Source: a virus
Taxonomy: Duplodnaviria > Caudoviricetes
Virus record (IMG/VR): IMGVR_UViG_3300048849_000021
Coordinates: 1-24,429 of that record
Strand: one strand, 5' to 3'
Length of the DNA: 24,429 bases
Part shown: positions 8,296 through 17,627 of the stretch, piece by piece
How positions within the stretch are numbered: the stretch's first letter is position 1
Layout of the letters: the number at the start of each line of letters is the position of its first letter
Translations under genes and position numbers: made by a program
Notes under the pieces: generated by a model
Database searches by the model: none
Told to the model about the DNA's origin: nothing
The model's input: only the letters and a program-made list of their open reading frames with translations

Positions 8296-8904
8296 ATGGC
8301 TGAGCCGAGCAGACTGCCGATCGACCTGGGTGCTTACGCCAGGCTAGAAGACCACGCGGTGGCATTGGGCTATGTGTGCATCGTCCATGCGCAGCTGGAG
8401 GACGCCCTCAACCGCTTCCTCGAGATTCTTCTTGGCTGCGGCAACCAGGTGCGTCGGGCCGTCGTGGACGCTACGGGCGCGTCGCTTGCAAACAGATGCG
8501 GCCTAATCAGGAAAGTCGCAGCCTGTGAAAAGTTCGATGGCACATGGCTGGATGAGGTCAACGCGATCATGAGCTTGGTCGTTGATGACATATCTCCTCG
8601 ACGAAACCGCCTTGTTCATGACGTCTGGATTCCGGCTCGGCCTGATGTGCTGCAGATCGACCAAAGACTGCCGGTAAAAGGATCAAAGGATACCGAGATA
8701 GACACGGTCATCCGCGGCGTTCGAGCCGCGCGAACAGCAGAAGAAATGTGGGCTCTGGTTCAAACCATGGACGAGGTCCCCAACAAGCTGACACGGCTTT
8801 CGGCTCACCTTATCCATCGTCGCAGGCACCTGCAGCTTGCAAAGCAGCTCGGACTACATCCCGAATCTCTTGAGATGCCGCCAGATCCATATCCATATAC
8901 CTGA
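8296..8904 (+). CDS. Hypothetical protein with HEPN-like RxxxxH motif (moron)
   Basis: GAGGA SD then ATG 8296; predicted helical, N-terminal HAQLE helix and later RNRLVH motif; opposite strand and lower GC than the operon. Confidence 0.6.
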   Translation: MAEPSRLPIDLGAYARLEDHAVALGYVCIVHAQLEDALNRFLEILLGCGNQVRRAVVDATGASLANRCGLIRKVAACEKFDGTWLDEVNAIMSLVVDDISPRRNRLVHDVWIPARPDVLQIDQRLPVKGSKDTEIDTVIRGVRAARTAEEMWALVQTMDEVPNKLTRLSAHLIHRRRHLQLAKQLGLHPESLEMPPDPYPYT

Positions 8905-9115
8905 GCTCTGCGACGTGCGGATACGCAGCCTTCAGCCGGCACGCTACATCGGCGTCGGGCTGCAGATCGAAGCCCGGCAAACCCGCGTGGAGGATTCGAC
9001 GAACGACCTCCGTTAAGTCTTCCCGTGTTGCAGCAGCCAAATCCATGAAGCGAATCTCGGCTACTTCATCCATGGCCTTCTGCACCGCCTCATCGGTCGG
9101 TTGCGCTTCGCTCAT
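8810..9115 (-). CDS. Small hypothetical protein with internal duplication
   Basis: ATG 9115 overlaps upstream stop (ATGA); 101 aa containing VAEIRFMDLAAATREDLTEVVRRILHAG and VAELRYMDMDLAASQEIRDVVRAALQAA. Confidence 0.6.
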   Translation of the reverse strand: MSEAQPTDEAVQKAMDEVAEIRFMDLAAATREDLTEVVRRILHAGLPGFDLQPDADVACRLKAAYPHVAELRYMDMDLAASQEIRDVVRAALQAAGACDDG

Positions 9116-9381
9116 CGTCTGCTCCTGTCGTAGAACCGCCCGCCGAAGACGCGGACGCCGAGCCACATGACGCCGCCGATCACCGCCGTGACCCCGGCGC
9201 ACGCCGCCGCGATGACAGGATTGTCGACCGCCACCGCCGGCAACGAGTGCGTGACGCACGACCAGAGCCGGTCGTCGGCGAGAAGGCGGCCGATCTGCTC
9301 GGCATAGCTGGAGTCATGGCTGGCGCAGCACGCCGCCCACCAGCCTTCGATGAAGGCCGTGCAGTGGTCGACCTCGCTCAC
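9112..9381 (-). CDS. Small phospholipase A2-like (DUF1353-like) protein
   Basis: 89 aa, GTG start coupled to upstream stop; CCASHDSSY...LADDRLWSCV...WLGVRVFGG. Confidence 0.6.
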   Translation of the reverse strand: MSEVDHCTAFIEGWWAACCASHDSSYAEQIGRLLADDRLWSCVTHSLPAVAVDNPVIAAACAGVTAVIGGVMWLGVRVFGGRFYDRSRR

Positions 9382-9782
9382 GGCCAGCCCACTTGAAGAT
9401 CAACGGCCTGCACATCCTCGATCGTGCTCGCGGCGCGCATCTCCGAAGTCAGCTCGTCCTCGCGCTCGAAACAGGCCTGGACGTGCGCCACACACGCGTC
9501 GGCGATCACGATCGTGGTCTGCGCGTCGAGCGTCGTGAAGATGCCCGGCGCGATCTTCCAGCGGATCGTGAAGTCGGCGCTCTCCTTCGCCTTCACATAG
9601 GCGGCGGTGAGCTTGTTCTGCGTCTCGCGGTCGGTGAGCAGGGGCGTGCCGTCGGGCAATGCCGTCCCGCCGACTTCGTGCTGCCAGCGGATGGTGGCGA
9701 GGTCGTCCAGCCGGCCCGCGACGGCCTCCTCGACGGTGGAATAATCCGGGCGGGCCAGCGTGCCGAGCTTGATGATCGCCAT
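9378..9782 (-). CDS. Tail fibre-associated protein, DUF4376-like
   Basis: 134 aa; RWQHEVGG...TDRETQNKL...WKIAPG.F..LDA...HVQACFERE...IEDVQAVDLQVGWP; directly after the fibre gene. Confidence 0.8.
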   Translation of the reverse strand: MAIIKLGTLARPDYSTVEEAVAGRLDDLATIRWQHEVGGTALPDGTPLLTDRETQNKLTAAYVKAKESADFTIRWKIAPGIFTTLDAQTTIVIADACVAHVQACFEREDELTSEMRAASTIEDVQAVDLQVGWP

Positions 9783-9785
9783 GTC

Positions 9786-11564
9786 TTAGCTCCACTGCAG
9801 GAGTGTGCCGCCGATATCAAATCGGGAGTCGTTCAAGCCCCGGAGGCGGTACTTCATCTGAGTGCCTGACGGCTGGCCCGTGAGGTCGACAAGCGCCTCA
9901 TAGAACCCGAAGCCGTCGAACTGATCGGCGAGCTTGGCGAGGGTCGCAGGCGACCAGTTCGTGCCGCCGTTTCGGCTGACCTCGGCGACGAAGTCTGCAA
10001 TAGTCGCCCCGAACAGCGGCTTGATCTGTACACCGATCCGTGCCGAGGCGGGGGCAGCTGCTGCGGTCTGCGTCGCCGAGACAACGATGGGCTGACCTCC
10101 AGCGCCCGTCAGGAAGCTAAACGCTCCGATTGGCACGCCGTTGTTGGTCGAGAAGGTTGCCCGATAGTAGCGATAGCTTCCCGGCGTATCGATCGAGAAC
10201 GCGAGCAGGCCACTGCTGCCATTCCCGCTATTGCCAGACTTTTGTGAGGTCGTTATCGGCGTCCAGGTGGTCTTGTCATTTGACCCCTCGATAAGCTGAC
10301 AGGCCATGCTGATCTGATAGCCGCCCCAGTTATGCAGATCGATTTCGGCCAAGCGAACGGCGCTCGGGAAATCGACTTCAAGATAATGCGCAGTGCTGGG
10401 CGTTTTACTATAAGTGACCCCCGCCAGATCGGTGCCGTTCACGGGGTTAACATCCGAAGACAGCACCGTATTTCCCCACATTTTAACGAGTGTGGGCGTT
10501 GGCAACAGATAGTTTGCGCGTTTCCCCTGCCTGAGCGTGACGGCACGGACTTGCGGATTGCCGCTGATTTGGCTGATCCTCAGATAGCGCTTCGTGTACG
10601 GAAGGCTGCTGCAGTCTATGACGTAGAATTTATAGGAGTCGGTAAATGTTACGGTTCGGACGTTGGAAAATACTGAAGTATCGTCCGACTCATCTATTTG
10701 CCAGACACCAGCGTTCGCCATGATCTCAATCGTATTGATCGCTGACGCAGGAAGCGGCCTTGCCATGTAGTAGTAGACCCCACCCCCTGATGACGAGACA
10801 TAGGCGCCGCCAGTGCTGCCCTGGCTAAGATTTTGGAGGTAGGATGCGAGTGTGTCCGATCCAGTAAAACCTAACATTGAACCGGATGTCGGCCCTGATT
10901 CAACGGGATAGACCGGGATAGCAGATGCTCCGATCGAGAGCATCTTCGCCGGAATGTTGAAGAATACGTCGGTCAAAGTCACGTCGGACACGTCACTGTA
11001 CGGATCAATGAACCCGGCCGACAGCCGCATCGAGTCGCCGCTCGCGGCCGCTGCCTGCAACGCGGACAGCAGCAAATCCTTTCGAAGCGTCGGAACGGAA
11101 TTGAGCAAATCCACGTCGAGGCCAGGGATAACCTGCCCCGCCACAAAAGTGATGGCTCCGGTCATCACGCCGCCGGTCTTGCGCAGATAGTCGGCCGTCT
11201 CAAGTGCGACGATCCGCAGTAGGATCGCCGAGACCGCACCGTCGACCCCGCTCTGCGATGCCTTGGCGCCGATCGCCGTCATCAGGGCGGCAACCACGTC
11301 GTCATTGCTGGCGAGCTTGTTCGCGACCTCGACCAGCGTGTCGTATGCCGCCGGCGCCGCGCCCTTCAGCGTAGCAATGGCGGCGTCGATCTCGGCCGTA
11401 ACGTCCGATGCGATGGCACGATCGTCTATCGCCGCGCGATCGGCCCGGATGGCCGCGTCGATCAGTTCGATGGCATCGGCGATCCGCTGGACGTCGACCG
11501 CGTATGGATCGTTTGACGGATGGGGCTGCGGGAACCCCAGGGCCGTTTCGTTCAGGATAGGCAT
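9786..11564 (-). CDS. Tail fibre / receptor-binding protein with discoidin (F5/8 type C)-like domains
   Basis: 592 aa; N-terminal helical region with APAAYDTLVEVANKL and YLRKTGGVMTGAI fibre motifs; HYLEVDFPSAV...IEGSNDKTTWT...YRYYRATF discoidin-like pattern. Confidence 0.8.
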   Translation of the reverse strand: MPILNETALGFPQPHPSNDPYAVDVQRIADAIELIDAAIRADRAAIDDRAIASDVTAEIDAAIATLKGAAPAAYDTLVEVANKLASNDDVVAALMTAIGAKASQSGVDGAVSAILLRIVALETADYLRKTGGVMTGAITFVAGQVIPGLDVDLLNSVPTLRKDLLLSALQAAAASGDSMRLSAGFIDPYSDVSDVTLTDVFFNIPAKMLSIGASAIPVYPVESGPTSGSMLGFTGSDTLASYLQNLSQGSTGGAYVSSSGGGVYYYMARPLPASAINTIEIMANAGVWQIDESDDTSVFSNVRTVTFTDSYKFYVIDCSSLPYTKRYLRISQISGNPQVRAVTLRQGKRANYLLPTPTLVKMWGNTVLSSDVNPVNGTDLAGVTYSKTPSTAHYLEVDFPSAVRLAEIDLHNWGGYQISMACQLIEGSNDKTTWTPITTSQKSGNSGNGSSGLLAFSIDTPGSYRYYRATFSTNNGVPIGAFSFLTGAGGQPIVVSATQTAAAAPASARIGVQIKPLFGATIADFVAEVSRNGGTNWSPATLAKLADQFDGFGFYEALVDLTGQPSGTQMKYRLRGLNDSRFDIGGTLLQWS

Positions 11565-14500
11565 CAGACCTCCGTCGCGCGAACGCGCAGCTGCCGAGCC
11601 TTCGGCCGATCCTTCGGCGTGCCGTGAAGCTCGATCTTTTCGCGGACCTCCGCCGTGGCCACCGGGGATTGCAGGTATTCCCGCTCAATCCACTCGTCGC
11701 CGAGCGAGATGGCGAGCGGCGCCGTCTGGACCGTCCAGGCGCCGGTTCCGCCAACGGAAACCGCAATGGATGACGACCCCGGCGTCGACACCTCAACGAC
11801 GCTGCGGACCTTCGCCGGCCCGTTCGTGAGATCGATGGCGATCGCCTCCGAGACGTAGATCGCCGTCTCTTCCATACGGCCCCACAGGATCTGGCACTCG
11901 GGCATGACGATAGGCGACAGCCTGGCGGTGCCGGTCAGCACCATGCGCATCGTCACCTCTTCGGTGAGGTAGGATTCGAACTGCAGGCGCGTGTTCGGCT
12001 CGAAGGAAATCACCTCGCCGCCCTGGCGCACCATCTCGATCCGCACCTTGCAGTCCGACGTCGGCAGCTGGACGATCAGCAGCACCATCAGATCGGAAAT
12101 GCCGCCAGCGTTGATGTCGCCGAGGTCGAACGTGCCGAGCGCCACGGTGCGGGTCAGCGAGGTGTAACGTGCCGCCATGATTTCGTAGGTCATGTCGGTG
12201 TCGGGCAACACGACCCACGACCGGCCATTCGAGCCGTCGAAGGCGTCGCCGCCGGCAGGGTTGCGGCGGACCCACTGTTGCAGGCGGCTGTCGAATCCAC
12301 GCGCGCGGGTTGGGTCGCTCTGATCGCCAAGCTGGGCGACGGCCACGGAGTGGTCGGCATCGTCGGTCAGCAGCGCGAAGAAGTGGAAATCCTTGGCACG
12401 CACCAGCGTCGGGAAGCGATAGTCGATTTCGGTCCAGTTCGCGGGCGAGACGACGTTCGGATTGCCGATGGCGAAGGTGCCGGGCGTGATGCCCTCGGCG
12501 ATCGTATCGACCGATGGATCGGCCCCGTCCATCGCGCGCAGTTCCAGGATGACCGGGTTTGCCGGGTCGCCGCGCTCGGTGAACTCGACCCGGACGCCGG
12601 TGACCTGCCGCGGCTCTTCCAGCTGGAAAGACTGGCCGATCGGGTCGATGGTGGTCGCGACCGTCGTGGTGTGCGTCGTGGTGACGTAGACCTCGGTGGT
12701 CAGTGTGCCCTGGCCGGTGAAGGAGGTTTCCGCCCGCGACCCGCCGGCGCCGACGATGACGACCGGCTTTGTGCCGGCGCGGATGTTGGCCGGCACCGTA
12801 AAGGTCCCGGTCATGACGCCCTGACCATTTGCGGTCTTCGTGCCGGTGACCGAGGGCACAACATCGACACCGTCGAACGTGAACGACGCCAGCGTCTCGC
12901 CGGGGCCCATGCGCGAGACCGAGAAATCAACGACCGTCTGGCGAAGGAATTCGATCTCCGTGGTCGAGGACGAGGCGAGGGCCGTAGTGGTCGACGACTC
13001 CGCCGTCGTGGACGTGGTGCCGTAGAGGTCGGTGTAGAGAAGGTCTGGCCGGTATGCCCAGACCTGCACGAACGATGCGGTGGCCTGGCTAAGGCTCGAC
13101 GTGCTGGTGATGTTCCAGCGGTCGACGGCCGGGTTGATCTCGAAGATGGCCGGCAGCGGCGCGAAGTTCAGATATTTGTTGATCTTGCGACTGAGCGTGC
13201 GGAAAGGCTGGCTCTGCACCGGCTCCTTCACGAAGGGCAGCATGATCGCCGCGCGGCCAATGTCGACCTTCATCGGCGTGACCAGGATCGGCAGCTGCAA
13301 CTCGCCACCGACGATGGCGGCCGTCTGGGCGATGCCGAGATCGCGCTGGTTGTCCGAGACGAACGGGTCGACGAACGATCCCTTCCGGCTGGACGGGTCG
13401 CGCTCCTGAATGTCCTTCTCCAACTCGACCAGCGACAGCCGGTCCTGCAGGTTCAGCATTGTGCGGTAGATCGCCCGGACCTCGGCCTCGGTGAACTTGC
13501 GCTGGTCAACGTCCTCAAGGATGGGATCGATGCCCCACTGGTTGCTGATGCGCACCAGCGGCGCCAGCGGCGACGGCACGGGCGGCGGGACGGCGCCATA
13601 CTTCGAGGAGATGCCTTCGATGTAGACGACGTTGCCGTCGAGATCGATCGCGAGCACGTCGATGCGCGGCAGCTTGTAGCGGTAGATGACCGTCACGGGC
13701 TGGTCGACCACAGCGGCTTCCAGCGTGAGCGTGTTGCGGCCGATCGCCAGCGGCGTGACGGTGGCAGTGTAGCGAAACGTCACGGTATAGCTCGTGCCGG
13801 GCGCCGGCTCCGGTCCCGCCGGCGACCAGCTGATGCCGTCGCCAACGCGATTGAACGACGTGCCGGCGGCATAGGTGGTGCCGCCCTGGGTGACCGACTG
13901 GATCGAGTAGACCGGCGTGTCGGGCAGCGTGTCGGTGCCACCGGCCAGCTGGTGCGTGATGGTCCGCGTGACCTCCTTGACCACGGTGACGGTCTGCACG
14001 CTGTCGATGGGCCCGTTGTTCAGCTTCACGACACCGCCAGCGGGATAGCCGTGCGTCTCGCCATTGACCTGCATGAGCGCGGGGTTCTCGGCACGTCGGA
14101 AGCGCTGGTCGACCGATCGCGACACACGGCGGCCAAAGGCCCGCAGGATGCCGGCGCCGATGATCAGCGTCTGTTCATGCGTGGTCGGGTTAAACCCGCC
14201 CGGCGACACCCGGAAGCCTTCGGAAATGTGCGAGCCGTGCGTCTCGATTATGTGGCGCTCGACCGCCCGCTCCGCCGACGTGTCTTGCGGCGTCGCCACG
14301 TCGCTCGGCAGCAAGCCATCGACGAGGGTGTAGATGGGATAGAACGGATCGCCAGAGCGAGCCCAGACCGCGTCGTAGCGGCGGCGCGCGCCCAGCGGCT
14401 CGCCATGGCTTTTCGAGTTGGGAACGATGCCCTTCAGCTGGACATCCTCGATCTCGGTGATAACCGCGCTGGTGACCGCGATGCCGATCACGGTAATGCC

Positions 14501-14800
14501 AACCATCGGCACGCCGGTCAGGGTGGCTTCGGGCACCTGATGCATGTAGCCGCCGGCCCAGACCACGGCCTCGCCGACGCGCACGACGCCGGTCTCAATG
14601 TCGACGACGAGCGTTCCGCCCGACTGAAGGCTGATCGGGCCGAGCGCGGCATCGCCAACGGTGCCGAGGCGCTCGATCAGGATGCCCTGGGACTCGTTCG
14701 CCTCGGCGCTCTCGACATATTGCCGGCCACGATGGAGCACCTCGGCATAGCGCTTGGCGATGAACCCCGAGAGTGCCCGCCGGTTGAAATAGTTCAGCAT
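11564..14800 (-). CDS. Large baseplate/virion structural protein, DUF4815-like
   Basis: 1078 aa; N-terminus YFNR...RGRQYVESAEANESQ, YRYKLPRIDVL, KGSFVDPFVSDNQRDLG and DPIGQSF motifs. Confidence 0.8.
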   Translation of the reverse strand: MLNYFNRRALSGFIAKRYAEVLHRGRQYVESAEANESQGILIERLGTVGDAALGPISLQSGGTLVVDIETGVVRVGEAVVWAGGYMHQVPEATLTGVPMVGITVIGIAVTSAVITEIEDVQLKGIVPNSKSHGEPLGARRRYDAVWARSGDPFYPIYTLVDGLLPSDVATPQDTSAERAVERHIIETHGSHISEGFRVSPGGFNPTTHEQTLIIGAGILRAFGRRVSRSVDQRFRRAENPALMQVNGETHGYPAGGVVKLNNGPIDSVQTVTVVKEVTRTITHQLAGGTDTLPDTPVYSIQSVTQGGTTYAAGTSFNRVGDGISWSPAGPEPAPGTSYTVTFRYTATVTPLAIGRNTLTLEAAVVDQPVTVIYRYKLPRIDVLAIDLDGNVVYIEGISSKYGAVPPPVPSPLAPLVRISNQWGIDPILEDVDQRKFTEAEVRAIYRTMLNLQDRLSLVELEKDIQERDPSSRKGSFVDPFVSDNQRDLGIAQTAAIVGGELQLPILVTPMKVDIGRAAIMLPFVKEPVQSQPFRTLSRKINKYLNFAPLPAIFEINPAVDRWNITSTSSLSQATASFVQVWAYRPDLLYTDLYGTTSTTAESSTTTALASSSTTEIEFLRQTVVDFSVSRMGPGETLASFTFDGVDVVPSVTGTKTANGQGVMTGTFTVPANIRAGTKPVVIVGAGGSRAETSFTGQGTLTTEVYVTTTHTTTVATTIDPIGQSFQLEEPRQVTGVRVEFTERGDPANPVILELRAMDGADPSVDTIAEGITPGTFAIGNPNVVSPANWTEIDYRFPTLVRAKDFHFFALLTDDADHSVAVAQLGDQSDPTRARGFDSRLQQWVRRNPAGGDAFDGSNGRSWVVLPDTDMTYEIMAARYTSLTRTVALGTFDLGDINAGGISDLMVLLIVQLPTSDCKVRIEMVRQGGEVISFEPNTRLQFESYLTEEVTMRMVLTGTARLSPIVMPECQILWGRMEETAIYVSEAIAIDLTNGPAKVRSVVEVSTPGSSSIAVSVGGTGAWTVQTAPLAISLGDEWIEREYLQSPVATAEVREKIELHGTPKDRPKARQLRVRATEV

Positions 14801-15306
14801 CAGACCCTCAGGATGAAGTTGCGGGCATAGGACGTGCCGGCGTCAATGAACTGCGGCGGCGACCAGACCAGCTGGAAGAGATCGCCGGGCGAGACGACAT
14901 CGCCGGGCAGCAAGACGGTGCGCCCCGAGGGGACGCCGGGCGCGTATTCGACGTTCGCGAAGATGCCGACCTCACGGATGCGCACGCCGGTGAAGCTTCC
15001 GGCTGGTACCGAGATCCTGACGCGCAGAAAGCGGGTGCGCTCCTCCGAGTTGGAATAGGTCCCGCCCTCGTCCGTCACGATCAGGCCATCGGGATCGGGC
15101 GTGACGAACCCGACGATGGTCGGACGGACGTAGCCGACGAGGTCGATGACGTTCAGCACGTCGAGGGACGGCTCCGGCGGGTTCGGCAGGTCCCAGGCCG
15201 CGTCCCATGCCGGCTCGCCCGCGGACAGCGCCGCGACGAACGGTAGCGCCGCCATCGAGCCTGCCATGACCTCTCGGCCGCGCGTCGTCAGCAGCTTCGT
15301 GCTCAT
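14800..15306 (-). CDS. Baseplate/tail collar-associated protein
   Basis: Start moved to ATG 15306 (ATGA coupling); LLTTRGRE...GEPAWD...IREVGIF motif, typical of the gene preceding DUF4815. Confidence 0.7.
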   Translation of the reverse strand: MSTKLLTTRGREVMAGSMAALPFVAALSAGEPAWDAAWDLPNPPEPSLDVLNVIDLVGYVRPTIVGFVTPDPDGLIVTDEGGTYSNSEERTRFLRVRISVPAGSFTGVRIREVGIFANVEYAPGVPSGRTVLLPGDVVSPGDLFQLVWSPPQFIDAGTSYARNFILRV

Positions 15307-16130
15307 GTCGTCTCCCAGGGTGAAGAGGTTGCGGTTGGATGCACGGCCTCGGCCCACGAGCGGGGCCAACGGCTCGGCCACACGTCGCGTGCGAAGGCGG
15401 CGGCCTCCATGTTCTGTTCGATGTCGACCGCATGCTCGGTCAGGGCTGGCGCCCGGCCTTCGAAGAGGTCGATGTCCATCCGGTAGCCGTCGAGGCGGTC
15501 AATCTCGGTCGAGACGATGATCTTGTCGGCGCCAACGACGTCGCTGCCGAAGTCCGCCTCGATGTCGCCGGCCCATCCGAACGAGATCTGCGGGCCATCC
15601 GGCCACAGCACCTCGCCGGAATAGTCATCCATCAGGCCGTCGTCGTACCGGTGCTGATCCATCCGAACCGGCCGGACATCGCGGCCCGGCGAGAACATGC
15701 GGAACAGTTCGTCCTCGGCTGCCGAGGACAGTTTGATGATGCCGGCGAGCTGCTGGATCTGCGCAAGGTCCGACGGCGGCACCGTGAACCCGACCTGAAA
15801 TTCCCACCAGTTGTGGCGTCCGTCAGGGGCATCAACGACGCCAGCACTCTCGACCCAACCGATACCGATCTCGATGCCGCGATCGGTGCCGCGGGTGCGC
15901 TGCCACTCCGGTCCCTCTGCCAGGACCCGGCGATAGTCGCGGACATAGGGCACGACGTCTTCGAGGCCGTAATCCCAGATGAACCAAGGCACCCAGTCAT
16001 CGGGGATGATCGTGATGCCGATGTGCTTGATCGTGCCGATGAAGCTCCCGTAGCGGCCGAAGCTGTCCCACATAGCCGCATAGGCGCGCGTGGCGGGCCC
16101 CGCGTCGGACGGCAGAAGCGCCTCGCTCAT
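15303..16130 (-). CDS. Baseplate wedge / tail protein I (P2 gpI-like)
   Basis: LLPSDA...PDDWVPWFIWDYGL...WQRTRGT..GI motif; follows gpJ. Confidence 0.8.
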   Translation of the reverse strand: MSEALLPSDAGPATRAYAAMWDSFGRYGSFIGTIKHIGITIIPDDWVPWFIWDYGLEDVVPYVRDYRRVLAEGPEWQRTRGTDRGIEIGIGWVESAGVVDAPDGRHNWWEFQVGFTVPPSDLAQIQQLAGIIKLSSAAEDELFRMFSPGRDVRPVRMDQHRYDDGLMDDYSGEVLWPDGPQISFGWAGDIEADFGSDVVGADKIIVSTEIDRLDGYRMDIDLFEGRAPALTEHAVDIEQNMEAAAFARDVWPSRWPRSWAEAVHPTATSSPWETT

Positions 16131-16993
16131 GACGTCAGCCGGATCGTTGTCACGGTCACCGTGCCGAGCCGTATAGCCTCGTTGAAGTCGGCGAAGGCAT
16201 CAACCCAGCTCTGCAGTTCGACACGCTGCACACCGGAGCGGTGGAGGTGCTTCGTCACGTAGGATTCCGTCAGGTCAAAGCCGAGCTGCTGATCAGCAGT
16301 TACCGCGTCGAGGAGCGCCTGGCGCGCCTGCGTCACGACGACATCCGGGGTCTCCGGGTAGATGTAGATCGTGGCGACAACGTTTTTTGTGGTGATGATT
16401 GCCGGCACCACCTCGACCGTCACGTTCCTCGAGCGGAAGCTCGGGTCGTTAAGAGCCGCCGTGAGCGTGTCCTTCAGCTCGTCACCGATCAGACCACCGT
16501 TGTCCGACGTCAGCACCGACAGGATCAGTACGCGCTCGGACGCGTTTCGCGTCTCTGCTTCCACCGCGACGTCGCGCACCCGCACGTCAGTGTCCCGAGC
16601 CTTCGACTTGTAATAGTCGTCCGGCCCGGCGGCGCTCTTGCCCTTGCGTGCCAGCCGATCCCGCTCGCGCAGGGCCGCGTCCGTCTCGCCGGAAAATCGA
16701 GTGAGGCCGTTCCGCGCGACGTGCAGATCGAGATCCGAGCCGATGGCGAAGGACGGCAAGAGCACGACGCGAGCGACGTGGTTGCCGTAGTCGATGAAGT
16801 AGCTGTCACCGACGGCCGCGGCTTCCGCCCCGATGACGGCCGGATCGGTTTCCATGTCCTCGACGTCGTACTCGACGCCGTGCTCGTGCATCGTCTCGAC
16901 GAACTCAGCCAGGCGGCGGTCCAGCGTGGCCTCATAGTCGAGCGGTTGGATGACGACCGGATACGGCAGCCCCTCGGTCGTAAAGCGAGCCAT
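16127..16993 (-). CDS. Baseplate J-like protein
   Basis: PVVIQPLDYE...ETDPA...FAIGSDLD...GETDAALRER...SAAGPDDYY...LHRSGVQRVEL. Confidence 0.9.
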   Translation of the reverse strand: MARFTTEGLPYPVVIQPLDYEATLDRRLAEFVETMHEHGVEYDVEDMETDPAVIGAEAAAVGDSYFIDYGNHVARVVLLPSFAIGSDLDLHVARNGLTRFSGETDAALRERDRLARKGKSAAGPDDYYKSKARDTDVRVRDVAVEAETRNASERVLILSVLTSDNGGLIGDELKDTLTAALNDPSFRSRNVTVEVVPAIITTKNVVATIYIYPETPDVVVTQARQALLDAVTADQQLGFDLTESYVTKHLHRSGVQRVELQSWVDAFADFNEAIRLGTVTVTTIRLTS

Positions 16994-17007
16994 GGCGGCC
17001 TCTCAGA

Positions 17008-17409
17008 TCAAATACCAAGGATGCGGATGGCGTTCGCCGCGGTGGTCGCCCGAATGCGGCGGTTGGCCTCGATCGAATAGTCGCCGAGGTGAGCGTTCGG
17101 CATGTGCGCGCCGAAGAACTGGATGCCGAAGCCCCCGTCCCGCTCGTCGCCCTCGGTCATGTATTCCCAGCTCTGGACGTCGAACATCGGAACCCAGAGC
17201 TCCCAGGTCAGCAGGAGCGCATAGACCCACCGCTCAAGCGGCCCACGCGTGAGGTTCTCTTTCACCAGCAGCCCAGGGTTCAGGCTGCCGACGTATTCGC
17301 GCATGACACGCTCACCGATGTAGGTGGTAGCGATCGTGTTCAGGGCCTGGACGGTGTAAGACCAGCCGGTCAGGGCCTTGCCAGTCCGCCGATCAATCCC
17401 GGTTGCCAT
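17008..17409 (-). CDS. Baseplate wedge gpW/gp25-like protein
   Basis: Start moved to ATG 17409; MATGIDRRTGKALTGW...IATTYIGERVMREYVGS. Confidence 0.88.
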   Translation of the reverse strand: MATGIDRRTGKALTGWSYTVQALNTIATTYIGERVMREYVGSLNPGLLVKENLTRGPLERWVYALLLTWELWVPMFDVQSWEYMTEGDERDGGFGIQFFGAHMPNAHLGDYSIEANRRIRATTAANAIRILGI

Positions 17410-17626
17410 TAACTGCCTTCGCTTCCGTCCGGGGGGCGGTGCGCGCGGCAGGCGGCGCGGACTGCTGCGGCGCCTGATCGGGTGCCACGATGGCCTTTGG
17501 CTCAATGTGTCGTTTGCGAAGCAGGTGCTCGGCCTGGGTCTCCGTCATGAGGACCGTATCGCCGGCGGCAGCCCGCTTGCCGTTGATCTCGTCGGGCGCA
17601 TTCTTCGTGACGGTGTATTCGGGCAT
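17393..17626 (-). CDS. Small hypothetical protein
   Basis: 77 aa with GGAGG SD; YTVTK...AAGDTVLMTETQAEHLL pattern, in the usual slot between spike and wedge genes. Confidence 0.7.
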   Translation of the reverse strand: MPEYTVTKNAPDEINGKRAAAGDTVLMTETQAEHLLRKRHIEPKAIVAPDQAPQQSAPPAARTAPRTEAKAVNGNRD

Positions 17627-17627
17627 A

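Noticed and set aside
9786-11564. Diversity-generating retroelement or invertible fibre segment
   Set aside because: No reverse transcriptase, invertase, template repeat or flanking inverted repeats were seen in the window.
12278-14830. 850-aa plus-strand ORF
   Set aside because: Antisense shadow of the DUF4815 gene caused by high GC3; Arg/Gly/Asp-rich with no recognisable motifs.
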